Source of the DNA: Pavona decussata
Lineage: Eukaryota
Assembly (NCBI GenBank): GCA_977016875.1
Contig: CDRNST010000008.1
Location: 3,720,123-3,784,000, forward strand
Reading direction: 5' to 3'
Length of the DNA: 63,878 nucleotides
Shown here: positions 1 through 14,302 of the stretch, in pieces
Layout of the letters: every line of letters starts with the position of its first letter
How positions within the stretch are numbered: the stretch's first letter is position 1
Notes under the pieces: model-generated
Seen by the model: only the letters and a program-made list of their open reading frames with translations
Database searches by the model: none
Told to the model about the DNA's origin: nothing
Position numbers and translations under genes: made by a program

Positions 1-3000
1 ATTTCGTTCTTTCTTTCTTTCTCTCTTAAGCACCCGTCAGCTGGCTCAGTCAGTCTAAATGTAATACAACCACCATCCTCAACTGTAAAACAGATATATC
101 CACCACGAGGTTCTATAAAAAAAGAAGATCTCTGTTGGAGTCAAGTTGATAGAGTCAAGTTGTTAGAATTCTTGTAAGGTGAAAATCTCTAATTATGGCA
201 TACATTCACAATTTTGAATTGTAGCAGACCCTGGCACTTTCGAAACTAAAAGTACTACGGTTCACGGAGGAAGACGAAAAAAGATTTCTGTTCCGTTTTC
301 TTAAAACGACCTGGCCATGCTAAAATATTTTTGCTTGCTTTTTGTGTAATCGCTAACCTTTAAGCGAGGTTTCGTCTTCCAGTCTCCTTTGAAACAACTG
401 GAAACCCAGTGAGAGAATTAAAAACTCGAGCAAAACTCGATCTGAAACCAATCCATTACAACCCAGTGATTACACAATTCTTTTTGTAATTCTAACTCTT
501 CTAGAAATCGTAGAATTCCATTTCAGCGTATTCCATGAAAAAACGATTCTTTGTTCGCATTTACTATCAAATTTATTATATATTTCTTTTTAATATCATT
601 GTGCCTTTCTTTTGTTCTTAGGGAAAAGGTCCCTAAGGAATTAGAAAACTAAAGAATATCTCTTTCTCGCCCTACTTGTCACTTTACACTTGTCATAATA
701 TTATTTTCCCCCCAAACTGAGAAATTCAAGGAAATTATTAAGAAGAAAGCTTCAATGACGGCAATATTTAAATGAAGACAGGCAAAACACCGGTAAAGGA
801 ACACGAGGTAAGACACAAATTATCCGGCAGCTTAAAATGGAACAACTCCAATTATAGTGGCACAGAGTAATAAATAACGCGCGAGTAATATAATGACTGT
901 ACTGATCTCGGAATGTTTCAGCCACTGACTCTGATTACTATTATTAATATTTTTAGCAGTAAACCTAGTGAAGTGTGAAATAACAATGAAAAAAAAAACA
1001 TTCTATAAGTGTACATTGTAATAACGTGGAGATAGATAACAGAGGAGAGTATCAACAGAGAAAATTAAAACACATGATGTCACTGATTACAATCACCAGT
1101 GATTAATAAGTGATGGTGGTGTGTTTCCCCTGACAGGAAGGCGTGTCTTTTTTTTTTTACTTAGAATGCTGCCACCTTGCCAAACTGGTGAGGTTTTCTT
1201 CACAACAAAAGAATCAGCTAGATCGCTTACCGTGAAAAACAAAAACGTCCTTAGAGCTTAAAATGATCTAGTGTTAAAGACACTGGAACAACATCAATAG
1301 CGCGTGATTATAATCACTGCTGTGTGTTTTTACAAACAGGTTGTCATACCCGGACAGAATAAATTTCTCTAGAGCGTACCTTTAAACATTTAATTTCAAC
1401 AAGTTACTTAAGAATCATTTCAAATATCCTATATTCTTTTATTAGGTCAGTTCATATTGCATAAGTAATTGTTACATGTTTAAAGCTGAAAAATCCTGGG
1501 GTTTTTTCTGTCAGGGGGTGGAGCACAACCTGCTAAACACCGAACATGAAAAATATTTTCTTAGCATAACTTGTAAAACCTTTGTCCAGTTAAAAGCTGC
1601 CGGCATTTGATGAAGAGGTCCCCGAGAGAGTCTGTTAGAAACCAATAAAGTAGCTCTCGCTTAGGGTTAAAGCATCAGTTCAGGTGAGTCCCTATGTTAG
1701 GCTAACTGCTTTAAGACACGTGTAAGCACTTTAGTTTATGAGTTAGTAATGTGTTAGGTAAGGAATTAAGTTAGATTTTACACCATCGATGAAATCCACG
1801 TGTTGGTTCAGTCAATCTGTGAGGAAGATAAGCTAGGGAAAATGCGATGGTATGAAAACCCTTGCGGTGAACCCGGTGAAAAGCAAAGCTGGGGTGGTTT
1901 GGAGGATGATAGGGTACCATTTTGGCTCGGAAACGAAACTCATTCCCAGAAAAGGCAGATAGGAGCTTTACTTCAAGAAGGGAGTGACAGAAAAGCCGAT
2001 GAAATTTAAGTGTTGGTATGTCGAGGTTGGAGGAGGGGATAAAAGCTGAGTTGTAATGCGTTTACAGAGACGAATCTGAGAGTAAAAGGGAAAATTTTAA
2101 AATTGTAATCTTCCCACCAATAATAAAGAAGATTGGCAACCACAGCTGACTGTGCTACGTTTCATTTGTATATATACCTGATTTTAATCGAAACTGACTT
2201 CCAATGTTCAGGAAAATATCCCATTTGGCCGGTTTTAGACACTAAATCTAACCAGAACATCTGACATCCAACAGCAAATTAGAGTCTTGCCATATCCATG
2301 TCTTCAAAGTCATCAAGCTTCATGTAGCCTGTAATTTAAATCTAAGAAAAGCTGGAACCATGTTAAGCCAGTAATGTAACTCAATCAACAAAAGAAACAA
2401 GAAATGGTCTCCCCCACCCCACACCCCCCCCCCCCCCATCCAATTACAATTTACTGCCAGAGATATCAACTAACTTGGACAGGATCTGCTATGCAATGCA
2501 GTTCCCATTTCACTGAAAACAAAACAAGCATCTTGGTTACGTACTCAATGAAAATTCCCTTCTTAATTTAATACGTTCACTTGATGAATAGGTCTCATCT
2601 GTGAACATTTACTTGACAAAATTCTGACCCACCCTACCTCCCTGGATTTAAAGGGAGGGATCCCGAGTAGACGTGGCCTCTTAGCTTTGCTCTTAGTTTA
2701 CGTAGGCCATCTTTGACGGCATGCCCCCTATGAAATAATCAGCCACGCTAGGAAGAAGGCTGCCTACGGCTGTGCTCCCATCCAGGTTCCAGAGTAAGAT
2801 TTTGACATCCTTTTCAAAACTCCAGCTCAGTTAGTATGCTGATATTTCTTGTTAAGTTTGGTTTTGAAGAAACAAATGAAAGTCCTATCGACAACGATCA
2901 GGCTTCCTTTCTTGCTAGCCTCATTATATTCATTCCAACAAACAAACACAATAATTTCATAGCCCAGTGCACGCGCTAACAAGCAACACGCGTATCAGTA

Positions 3001-6000
3001 AAATAATAATTAGCCGCTGCTTTTGTAATATAGGTTTACATCCTTTTTGGTATCAATTTGTTAGCACTGCTGCTTTCTGAAGACTACAGGTTAGTATTAA
3101 ATCTTTTTCAGTATATCTTTTTCATCTCATCAATAACCACCATCTATCACAGAACTTTTAAACATCTGCAGTTGCAAATAAACACAGCTGAGCATGCGTA
3201 ATATAATTAGCCATGCACCGCAATGTTAAATGCTGTGACCACACGCAGTGAAGCAAACGGAAAAATTGTTCTAGACTCTAACAAGTTAGAGATGTGGCGA
3301 TCAAGAAAAATATAACGATACCTGTCCAAAGGCATAGAAACAGAGGTATATCTTTCATCTTTTTGTTTATTTTGATATTAACATCAGATCGACAATGCTT
3401 TTTTCCAATGATTTTACATTAGTAACAGTCGGCTTTTAACGGAAAAGAAGGCATAATTTCCGAGCCTTGGTTTTGTTCGTAACCTTAACCTTGGTGCGGA
3501 CTGTACCACTGATTAAAGTTTGTATTGAATTTTTAAAGAACTCAGCAATGGTTAACAGCTTGCCTCGCTGAGCTTTCCCTAAACGGCATATAGAAAAAAA
3601 CAAAAAACAAAGAATCAAGTTCGCTTCTCGATTCGTTGTGCGCTTGAACCGCTTATGAAAGCGATGTTAACTGGAATAAAAAGCTACGTTGGAAAGTGTT
3701 TACAGTGGGACACCTAGTTAAAAAAAGAACGAAAATTCGCGGGACCTTAAGCCATACTGTTGATATTTTTCATCTTTTTAAATTAGGGTGAAATTACTTA
3801 TTATTTAAACATTATCCAAGATATAGCACGCGCGTGTAGTATTATGAAGGTTGCGATTTCATTATTCAAATTTCCCTTTCAGGTTCAATAAGATGACTTC
3901 GTTGACGAAGAGTTATCACAAAGCAAAAAGCACTACTGGTTCTATTCAGTTTAGTCAAGAAGCCGTAGATCATCTTCTTTTTGGCCCGCTCATGAACCGA
4001 AAAGGTGCACTTCATGATTTTATGGAAGGTAAGGATTGTCAGGGCTATAAAATTCAATTATGTTGTAAGTAATATATTTGCGATCCTTTTACCTGTAACG
4101 TAGTCGTTTTTTAGTATTCTGGTTTGTGTTCCGATTTAAAAGTTACTCAAGTTAAAGCGACATAAAACAAAAATTAAACAGAGATACTATATCAAATACA
4201 GCAGATAAAATATAATCATCCAAAAACTTCTTGGTAGAGTCTATGCTAAATGATATGCCTGGAGTTGTATTTATGTTATTGTTGAGTATGAAGTGGGTGT
4301 TTCCCTGCCGATGTTCGCCGCTAACTATTTTTAATGAGCAAATCCCACTACAGACTTATTTTTAAAGATAACTGTTTGGTGTCAACACTTAGATTTATCA
4401 TTTCAAGGAAGTTTGCTTCACTTATCTTGTTCTACTTCTCCAGATAAACCTTTTTCTGGACAGTTCACGTTAACAATTATCACGAAATACCCGAACACTA
4501 ATTGCATGGCCGATGATCACGAAAAAGGTGGCTTTCCTAATTGACAATCTATACCGTCCTGTTATCAGCTTAGTGTTATATACAGAAATTTGCGCAATAT
4601 GACAGTTGGACATTGACCTGACCGGTATTAATCTCCTTAACCTTACAAGGACGCGTTATGAGAAGACGATGGAACCTACTTTTACAATCAGAGCATAAAT
4701 CCTGTAATTGGCGGCATATTATTAGTTAAGGATAGATAACAACACTGAAGCAAAGAATAATTGATATAATTAGTGTTGATAAAGTAACACACGTTCGGTA
4801 AACTGCTTTACACTGGGAAAAAGAAAACCTGCCTACTCCAAAAAAAATTGCCGTAACAAGCGGTGTGAAAACACCCACAAAATGTTTCAACAAAACTGGC
4901 CAATTATCTAGGAACATGGGAAATTTATTAAAATATTCTCTTTCATAAACGAAACTCTCGGCAAATAAAACTCCGAATGTTTCAGGGTCTAAGCAGTGGA
5001 CCAGCATTAACAAGAGCGTAGCAAGAGCAAGCTAATCAATGCGCGTTCTTATTTTTTAGGTATACTTTTGTTTATTCCACTTCTGTAATAAGTCAGTGAT
5101 AAAATTCGAACTCTTTGTTTCGAAGAAATCGTTACAGTGACGCATTTTTAAAATTATCTTTGCCGCACTGAAAGAGCGAATCAACCACAAAAACTGCATA
5201 TTCAAGATTACCAACCAATATTACTTCAAAGGCTGATATTGAAAACTATTCTCTATTTATTAATGTATTCCGGTAATAACAATTTTTTGGTGAAATTGTC
5301 GTGCGGGTTATTGGACGAAACAACAAGAAATATTCAATTAACATAATTAGGTTTAACTACAAAATTCAGGTCATTTAGCCATAACAATAAGCAAAAGAGA
5401 CAAAAGAATATATTTTTTCCTTCAAACATTGCGTATCCAATGAAACGAAACGCCAAGACATAGATGATAACTGAATGAAACCTAGTTAGTCCACCGTAAT
5501 TCGAACGAACTGAAAGTTTGCAACTTCATATTCTCGGTTGGAAAAAATTTAAAATTAGTCCCGATGTCGCTTTATATGCACAGCGTGATATAACGATAAA
5601 AAAAATTGAAGGATTTAAAAAAACCCGTTCTCGTTACAGGCCACCTTGGCTCGGCGATGAATTCAGCGAAACCACGCAGTTGATCGCGCGTAAGCTGCAA
5701 CTGAAGAAGCTTTTAGGTAGCGGTTTCCTTAATTTCCGCTGTTCCTGTTGGCTTTCTTAAGATCTTTTTTTGTCCTCCGTAATACAAGAAGAACCAATTT
5801 TTCTACATAATAGGCCGCTTTCATACTAATGCCATGCACACACGCAAAGATTTCTGGTAGTTGTAGGGAGGGACTGAGACAGCCCGCTGGTACAAAAAGT
5901 TTTCAAAATCGCTGACTCGGTATTTGGCTTTCGTCTGCAGTTATTTTCGATTTAAATAGACAGGGATTAAAACAAATTTGCATGTCTTAAAGTATTGTAA

Positions 6001-8216
6001 AGTGTAAATCACGTTTATTATTGTAAAGGTCGTCGTTTTTCCGAGAAAAGGTAACGCCAAAAAATATTGTTTCTGCCGACAAAACCCTCGAACCCCTTCA
6101 ACCGAAAGATTGATTATTTTCTTCGCTTCGGTCCAGTTATGAACATAAACATTGTTAAAACAGAAGCTTAGCATTACAACCAACAATCAGGCGAATGTTG
6201 GAATTTTCCCTCATGTTGCGCAAAACTCTTGTTTTTCATCATAATTGACCATGAATCATAATTTTTGAGATAAATCATAAATTTTGTTGGATAAAGGCTT
6301 ATCCAACAGATTTTTTCCCGCAAACGAACCGGTGGGCGTCCCCGACTCTTTCATAAACTTCATTTCGTGAATAAAATTTTCCAGCAACGAAATTTGTGTG
6401 TAGCATTCTAACTGAATGGGACAAACAGCCGGATAGCTAAAGGACAACTTCTGAAATCCAAGTCAGTATTTTACATGATAAAGTATATCGTTATGGAGGA
6501 AATAAATATTGCCATAGAGGAAGGAAGAAAGAAAGTATAGTGTCGTTATGGAGGAGTTCATCGGCGATAGCTAAGACCATATAGAGTACATTTATTATCA
6601 CACACAGGGAATAATAACATATCCTAGTGAGTCTTACAAAAGTTATCATAGTTTGAGGAGATGATGTGGTTCATTTACGGCCTTTAGTGTTAAGTCACAG
6701 GATGTGTAATACATAAAAACGGTATGACTTGTTGATGCGATCACTTTGATATGTGAGTGAAACGACGAAATGAGCACAATCTGATATTCCAAAGTGACTT
6801 TTTTTTTGGCCATTAAACTGTTACCCTGAAAAGTATCATATTTTTGTCCGGTGCTCAACACTGCGGGATAATAGACAGAGTGTAAAATTAACAAAATGCT
6901 TATTTTCAAAATTCATCTTTCACTGAGAGGATAAATTAGCGATTCACAATAACGTGATTACCATTACAGACAAAACGCACTTTGGGCAATTAACTAATAC
7001 TTTGAAGTGATGTCTAGCAAAATATATTCGTGCACGGAAGTATTATTAATAACAGACATTGATGTCTGACTTGTATCTTTATAAAGTTAATAAATTGTCC
7101 CATTTTATTCCAATGGCTAAAATTTACACTGGAATTTATCAGTAGAAATTCACTTACTATACAAAAAACTACAATTCAACTACACTGATCAGTGACAACA
7201 GCTTGCTCAGCAACTGAAGGTTGTTATGCTCCAAAAAATTAAATTATACCATGATAGTATGATGGCTATGGGAATTTAATCAGGAGTAGTAACCACGTTT
7301 TTTAATAACTTTTTCATCATCTCGTTAAAGTCTTGAAGCCAATTAACATATCGTTTATTAACTTTACGTCCATCTAATAGCATCTTTACTTACTTGATAG
7401 ATCTTATTTTAATGTGGCTTTCTCAATTAATTAACCTGCAAGTGAGGTCGCTTTTTATCTTTTAATTACTTACAGAGAAGTTTCCTTTCAAATTTTATAC
7501 AACTTTTCTTCTTCTTCTTTTCCTTCTTGTTTTAAACTTTCTGAATTTAATTTGCATGCAACAAACATAGATTGTGTAAAATTCTACTGAGATCATATAT
7601 TTTAAAAGTTGTGATATTTTGGGGATAATCGTCGTATTAAGATTTACACCTTACGCGTACGTAAAAATCACCTAAACAATGTGAATTTTATTAAGCTATG
7701 TATATTTTAGCTTCCGCTCGTCGAGTCCACTTCTCAGGGGAAATTCTTTCTTTTCAGTGTGACAAATGAGAGCGCTTACGATGGCAACTATCTATTTAAT
7801 ATTATCTATGATTCGGGCACGAAAATAAACTGCTAAGCCGAGAAAATATCAAAACATTTTTAAAATCCTCGCCTCCTTTGGAATTTATCAGCTAAGTTTA
7901 TAATAAGCATATATTACAAACTTTTAAATTGACTTTAATTGAAAATGTATCTTTTAAACGCGTTCTAATTTTACGAGCTTTTTATGTACACTCAGAATGT
8001 CAATTATGCTGATTTACGTCGATTATATCTTTGGCATTTCTAACCCCGCAAAAATGGCTCAGTTCCAACCCTTTAACATGATATAATTACTATATCACGA
8101 TAGCAAACCTTCCAGGTGTATGACAACGATATATATATATTGGCCATGAGGCTTTCAAGTTTTGTCTTCATTTTTAAGGCTTTAAGCTCCTCTGAGGGTC
8201 TGCAATAAACTATTTA

Positions 8217-10227
8217 ATGGCGTTCTTATACACTACTGAATATACTTCGCTGAACTCATCACTAGGTTTTTCGACTGTTTCAGAGTGGCCGCCTTGTTCA
8301 GCACTTTATTATCCGACATACAGTCACTTGGATCATCAAATAGCCGCACCACCTTTATGCATGCCAGAAGGTATTCGGCTTGTGAATACAGGCGTCCACA
8401 CTACAGCGGTCTGCTGCCGTGCTTCCATCTCTAAAGGAACCCGCTTTGGACCTTACCTCGGAAGAGTGGTTCAACCGTCGCAAGTAAAAGAAGGAGAAAA
8501 TAATGAGTTTCTATGGGAGGTGAGTACAGTAAAACACCTGATGTGAAATATCATGTTCGAATGATTCCCTTTCCTTGTTAAGCAGATTTTACAAAAAATG
8601 ATAGCCGGGTGCTCACAATAAGAAAAGCGCTAGGCTTTATAGCCTCTATACCTGATTACTTGTCATTTTAACGTTTTTATACTTGCGCGTACGTAGAACA
8701 CGCAAAAATGTACAGTATTTATCAACTTCCTTGCAGCCACTTTCTATTTTTTCCTCACACTTTTATGAAAACGTAGGATTTTTGTCAGTTCTCACATGAC
8801 ATTGTGAGATGATGGCAGTTATTTTTCTTCTTTCATTTATCATATGATAAGTTAAAATCGGTGGACACTAAATTAAACTAGAAATAGGTTTATGTCGTAT
8901 TCACTCAGTTCACCTACTGGAAGCTGAGCATTGACTTTACACCAGGAGCATAACGCTTAAGCGAGCTGCAAACACTCTGCAAAATATGTCTTTGATCGGA
9001 GCGCAGAGCTGTGGATTTTTCTTTAAAAGCTGTTACTAAGGAATCGGTAAAGAAAATTAAGGTTGAGTTATGGCTGTTCATGACATTGTGCTCCTTTGAT
9101 TAAAGATCTTCAAAGAGGATGGAGGGCTGGCATATTACATTGATGGACAAAGCGATCCACAGAACTGGATGAAGTTTGTCAATTGTGCACGAAACAGCGA
9201 AGAACAAAACCTTGTGTTGGTTCAAGATGGCGACCAGCTGTTTTACGAATCGTGTCGAGACATCTTACACGGAGAGGAACTTCTGGTTTGGTATGGGAAC
9301 AGCTATGATATGTTCATGGGGATTCCAACCGGGATCAAGACTTTGCCAAAGAAAGAAAAAACCAACGAAACTGTACAAGGTGAGATTATATTCTAAAGCT
9401 ACAAGGCAATTGCCAAATTTTGCATGCGATGAGGCCTTACATTATTTTGTAATTGTTGGTATCCAAAACACCATGAAAGGATTAGTTTTAGGTTGTGTTC
9501 GTTTCAACGTGGCGCTCCTTTTCTTTTCATTTGATTGCATGTTGTTGAATTTGTTACAGGTGTTTTTGGCAGTTTCTCGTGCGAGAGGTGCGGTAAAGTT
9601 TTTGCCTACAAGTATTACCGAGACCGCCACCTTAAATACACACGTTGTGTGGATCAAGGAGACCGGAAGTTTCCATGTACGGTGTGTAACAGGTCCTTTG
9701 ACAAGCGGGATCGCCTCCGTATTCATGTACTGCATGTGCACGAGAAACACCGCCCTCATCAATGTGCAGTTTGCAGCAAACGGTTCTCTCAGTCATCTAG
9801 CCTCAACAAACACATGAGAGTACACAGCGGAGAGAGACCATACAAATGTCCTCACTGTGTCAAGGCCTTCACAGCTTCTTCTATTCTGCGCACACACATC
9901 CGTCAGCACAGTGGGGAGAAGCCCTTCAAGTGCAGGCATTGTGGGCGTGCGTTCGCCTCGCACGCGGCGCATGATAGTCATGTTCGTCGTACGCACACTA
10001 AAGAGAAGCCATGCGTGTGTGAATACTGTGGAAAGGCTTTTGCTCAGTCCTATGAACTGAAGTTTCACATCAACATGCACACGGGAGCCAAGCCTTACAC
10101 TTGTGAGAAATGCGGCAGAGCATTTTCAAGCCCTTCGTCACGTGATCGACACCGTGCTAATTTTGACTGCATTACAAGAAAGAATCGCGCACCTAAAGTC
10201 ATGCGAAAGACACTGTTAAATGTTTGA
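8217..10227 (+). CDS. PRDM14: PR/SET-domain zinc finger protein PRDM14 (about 414 aa; exons 8217-8519, 9106-9379, 9560-10227)
   Basis: PR domain (GTRFGPY...LWE|IF...NWMKFVNCARN...QNL...FYESCRDI...ELLVWYG) joined in frame across GT-AG introns of phase 0 and 1. The finger array contains PRDM14 signature strings (KVFAYKYYRDRHLKYTRCVDQGDRKFPC, KRDRLRIHVLHVHEKHRPH, FTASSILRTHIRQHSGEKPF, FASHAAHDSHVRR). An extra upstream exon cannot be excluded. Confidence 0.93.
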
Positions 10228-13121
10228 ATATAATTCGGTGCCATTACTAACGTAACGTAACCATAAAAATTTTATTTATTACCATAGCTATAATATATCT
10301 TAAGTTTTGAAGGAAACGGTTAGCACCTGCAAGACTATTTGTTAGTCCCTTGTTAGGAGACTAGGCAAATTTCTTTAAGTTGTTTAAAAGTGCTTTGGTT
10401 ACATCGAGGTATTAGCATTTTTTACAAGAAAGTCAAGAGTAAATTTAAGTAGTATTGGAATAATAAAAGGTTTTTCTTACTTTTTAAATTAACCAGTAAC
10501 ATAACCTCGTTTGTTTGACAACGAGGTGGGGTTGTAAGGCGCCGTCAATAAAGAACCTGTAGCCATGTTTTAAAACAACAGCGACTAATCACTTACGATA
10601 TTGAAATCTTGTCGATGGCGAAACAAGAGCCAAGATCTTATAAAAAGATAAACCGCACTAAAGTAAACACACCAACATGAACCTGCGAGCGATAAATAAT
10701 TAATTACATGTGTTCTGCGCATAAGTAAGTCCACCAACATCACTTCATGAAAAGAATGTACCTTTAGACATTTTCAATTTCCTTTTAGAGGAAGATCCTT
10801 AGAAAATACTTTAAATGTTAATTACAATGACTCAAATGTTGGTTGAACATTTCTTGTCATGAAAATTGATACAATTAAAAAAAAAACGTTTTAAGTTAAT
10901 TTCTTGTCTTGTAATAAAGATTTAAAATTTTAGTTATTTAACACTGTTAGTGACTTTTGACAAACTACTCTTATTACAAGCCCCATCCCATGATATTGCG
11001 AGGCTGAGACTCAACTTGCATCAACTGCATTAAAAGAATGCTCTTTTGCGTTTAAACTTACAATTACTGTTACTGTATACTATGGTTGATTAGCAATTCG
11101 TTCGCGCTAAACCCAACGCCTGAACGTCAAAGAATAGGCTACATCTCCACATAGAGGGTATCTGTGAGTTCGCAAAAACTCCTATAAAATCAAGTCCTTC
11201 TAGCTTCCACTTTCTTTGAGAACTACTTGTAACATTATTTTGTTAGAAGCCTTTCTCGTTCGTCTAGTAATGACTTATTAGAAAGGGTGTTAATTTCTAT
11301 TGTTGAAAGCCACGCTTTGGAAACGTTCACCTGTAATGACAGTTAAGACCAGTTTATATGCACCAACTTTTCATTGTAGTGCAAACGTACTTGGATATAG
11401 CCTCGATAAGTTTTTGTTCGGTTAGTTTTCTTCTTCTCTTTATGGTCTTTATAGGCTGAAAGTTCGGCGTAGTTCTCCACTGTACCTAACAATATCTCAG
11501 CGTAAAGGAGGGGGGGGGGGGGGGTCTCCTATGTATATATCAGGTCGGGAGCGAATTAGGTAACCAATGTAAGAATGTGCCTCTGTGCGAAAACCATACC
11601 CTGAAAAAAAAAGGGGCGGGGTATGGGAACCAAATAGGTTTGTTCTCGAACAGGGTATCATTTACCGGGAAACGGATCAATGCTGTGAGGAATTTGTTCT
11701 AAAATAAAAATTAATCTCAAACGAGTCTCAAAGGGGTAGAAATTTTTGGTGTCTTGTTTAGGATGGGTTGCAATGTGGAGCTGAATTCGAACGTGACGTC
11801 AGGTACAGTCGGTACAGGCACACCCTCAATTAGCAACCTGTTTCAGTAGAAATTAAAACTCCTGGTAATCAAGAAAGGCTTAGAAAAATACCTTTCTTTT
11901 TTCAGTTAAAATAGACAAGCACAATGTTTCTAATTGAACGTTTAACAATCTAAGCTTGGGCTGGAGAGGTAGGACTCGTATAAACAACAAAACTATAGAA
12001 AGCAAGTCGGTAATAACTCTGTATCTTGAGATCAACGCAGGCAGTTCCCGAGTTTATTTATAATTCGAACAAAAGTACAGCCGGTTGAAGCGTGTGCTTT
12101 TTATTGACACACAGTCCATCTTGGTAGTAACGTCATGCAGTATTGGAAAATACGTCACATTTCACTCTCAGACTCGTGCCTAGTCCCTATTTATCTGTTT
12201 GTGGAGCGGGAGAAGATTGGCGCCATGCCATCTCAATCTATTTTCGTATCCAATTTTCTCTCGCCTTACAAACAAATAAAAAATGACTGGGTACGAATCT
12301 GTTTTAGTCGCATTGGCAATGAATCGCAGTATAACCTATTGTTTGTATCACCAAGAACGTCTACTCAGACAGTTAATGATAAAAGTAATAATAATAAGTC
12401 TTCAATGGTCTTCAAAAGATAAAAATACACATCTTCAGTTACAAATAATAACAATAAGAATAGATTAAAATATATCAAAATGTATAAAATCCGAAGCCCA
12501 TCAGTACTTCATCTATTATTTTTTACAAGTTCTCAAAGACATACTGAAATACGAATCTATCAACAAACGATAGCTTGATGCATCCTGTGTTTACCTTAGG
12601 ACACATAAAAGTATTTCTCCTCAAGGAGTAGTTCGTGTGCTTCACATTCGGTAAAATTCCTTGTACATAACGGAGAGTTCTTACAAGAGGCCTTTCTAAA
12701 AATCTGAATGTCCGCCTATTCCAAGTAGTTCCCTGATATCTACTTTCTTTGAAAAATACTTGCGTTTATAGCAGCGGTCCAAAAAACGTTGAATACTATT
12801 CAAAGCGGCAGTAGATGCTCCGTATACAGATAAACCATAGTAAAAATTAGGCATTAAAATCGTCTGGAATAAATGATCCAGCTTATGCTGTTAGTAACCT
12901 TCTTTTAAGTTAAGGTTGCAGGTAACTGGTAAACTCTTTTCCTTAGCCTTCGAAAGCAAATGACTTGGGTTTCCGTAATGACAGTCATCAATTTCAATTG
13001 GCATTTCGGTAAAATTTTAAGGTTTGATCTCCATAGGTTTTCCCACGCTGGAACAGAAATAAAGCATTATTACTAAATTTCACTCGCATAGAACACAAAT
13101 TTCAGTTGTGTGCTGAATGAC

Positions 13122-13300
13122 CTAGCCCCAGTTGTTCAAAGAGCGGATAACTTTAATTTATCCACTGGATAGGCCTACCCACCACATAAACTGGGGTCCG
13201 CCGGATAGTTATCAAAAAGTTATCAAACAGGCGTTGTGAAGCATGGATACTGCTATGAATAAATATCCAACGGATAAGCCGCTATCTGGTCCGTTGCTAT
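13122..13300. mobile_element. Left end of a C(A/T)GGCCCCAGTTGTTCAAA-type non-autonomous DNA element
   Basis: CTAGCCCCAGTTGTTCAAAGAGCGGATAAC...TATCCACTGGATA matches the terminus of the complete small element at 43145-43282. Confidence 0.55.
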
Positions 13301-13569
13301 GGTGAAAATCAATCACTTTCCGTGGCATAAAAGATGGCATAAATGAAACTTCTTCACCCTTCACCCGCCCTTCACGGGTGTACAGACTTTAGGAACGGGA
13401 AATGGTGCTTCAGCTTTGTTCAGAAAAGAAGCTAAGACCTTTTTCATTTTATAGATTCATTCGCGCGGGTTTTGTATTTTGAATTTTTTCGATTTTTTTC
13501 CCTTTTCAGTTTACCAAGTTGTTCTTCATACATTCCCACTGGCAATGTTAGAAAACAATAGCTTCGTAC

Positions 13570-13740
13570 ATTCAGGTTTGCCTATATCGAGTTATAGTAC
13601 AATTGAGAAGTTTGGAGAGCACTCAAGAAGCTACAAGCTAGGCTACGCCTCGAACAACTCCTACACTTCCTTCTTGCTCTCCAAACTTCCCGCGTGCATC
13701 ACAATTCAACATACGCACGCCAAAGCACGAACCACATGTT
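13570..13740. repeat. Hairpin-type dispersed repeat
   Basis: AAGTTTGGAGAGCA..AAGAAG pairs with CTTCTTGCTCTCCAAACTT. A related hairpin ending in TTCCCGCGTGC lies at about 53275-53430. Confidence 0.45.
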
Positions 13741-13789
13741 AAGGGTGAATTTATTTGCAGCGTAGCGTATGGTTGTCATAGATGCCCTT

Positions 13790-13977
13790 NNNNNNNNNNN
13801 NNNNNNNNNNNNNNNNNNNNNNNNNNNNNNNNNNNNNNNNNNNNNNNNNNNNNNNNNNNNNNNNNNNNNNNNNNNNNNNNNNNNNNNNNNNNNNNNNNNN
13901 NNNNNNNNNNNNNNNNNNNNNNNNNNNNNNNNNNNNNNNNNNNNNNNNNNNNNNNNNNNNNNNNNNNNNNNNNNNNN
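13790..13977. other. Assembly gap (N run)
   Basis: Run of n characters. Confidence 1.
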
Positions 13978-14049
13978 TGCCTTCCTTTCCCTCTATCTCC
14001 TACCCTACGCGCTCCAGGCGCCCCTCTGTTGCTCACTCTAGCGCCAGTC

Positions 14050-14302
14050 TAGCCTACTCATGAGTAAGCGCTTCTATGGTGTTTTCCCGCGTTGTCTATT
14101 TTTCTGACCGCGCGAAAGTTGGGACGAAAAGAGAAATGGAAGGATAGATTGGGGGGATTTTCGCGCGGTCAAAATACGACAGACGCAGGAATCCCACGAA
14201 AACGCTCTGCTGCGCACGTACAAGAGCAGTGTTCTCCTCGCTTTGCGCGCGCGCCCGATTTCGCTTCCCTCTTCATCTTTCTAGCGTTTGTCACACAGGC
14301 TA
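14050..14302. mobile_element. Degenerate TAGCCT...AGGCTA MITE(s)
   Basis: Ends TAGCCTA / CAGGCTA with an internal inverted repeat (TTTCTGACCGCGCGAAA / TTTCGCGCGGTCAAAA). Same terminal type as 52772-52857. Confidence 0.45.

Noticed and set aside
1070-1325. Palindromic TGATTA(C/T)AATCA motifs
   Set aside because: Short, AT-rich, no independent support; may be repeat-derived.
9176-9817. 213-aa ORF and antisense ORFs overlapping PRDM14
   Set aside because: Alternative-frame shadows crossing an intron; no domain signature.
13769-14063. ORFs spanning N gaps (also 25709-25915)
   Set aside because: Artefacts of translating unknown bases.
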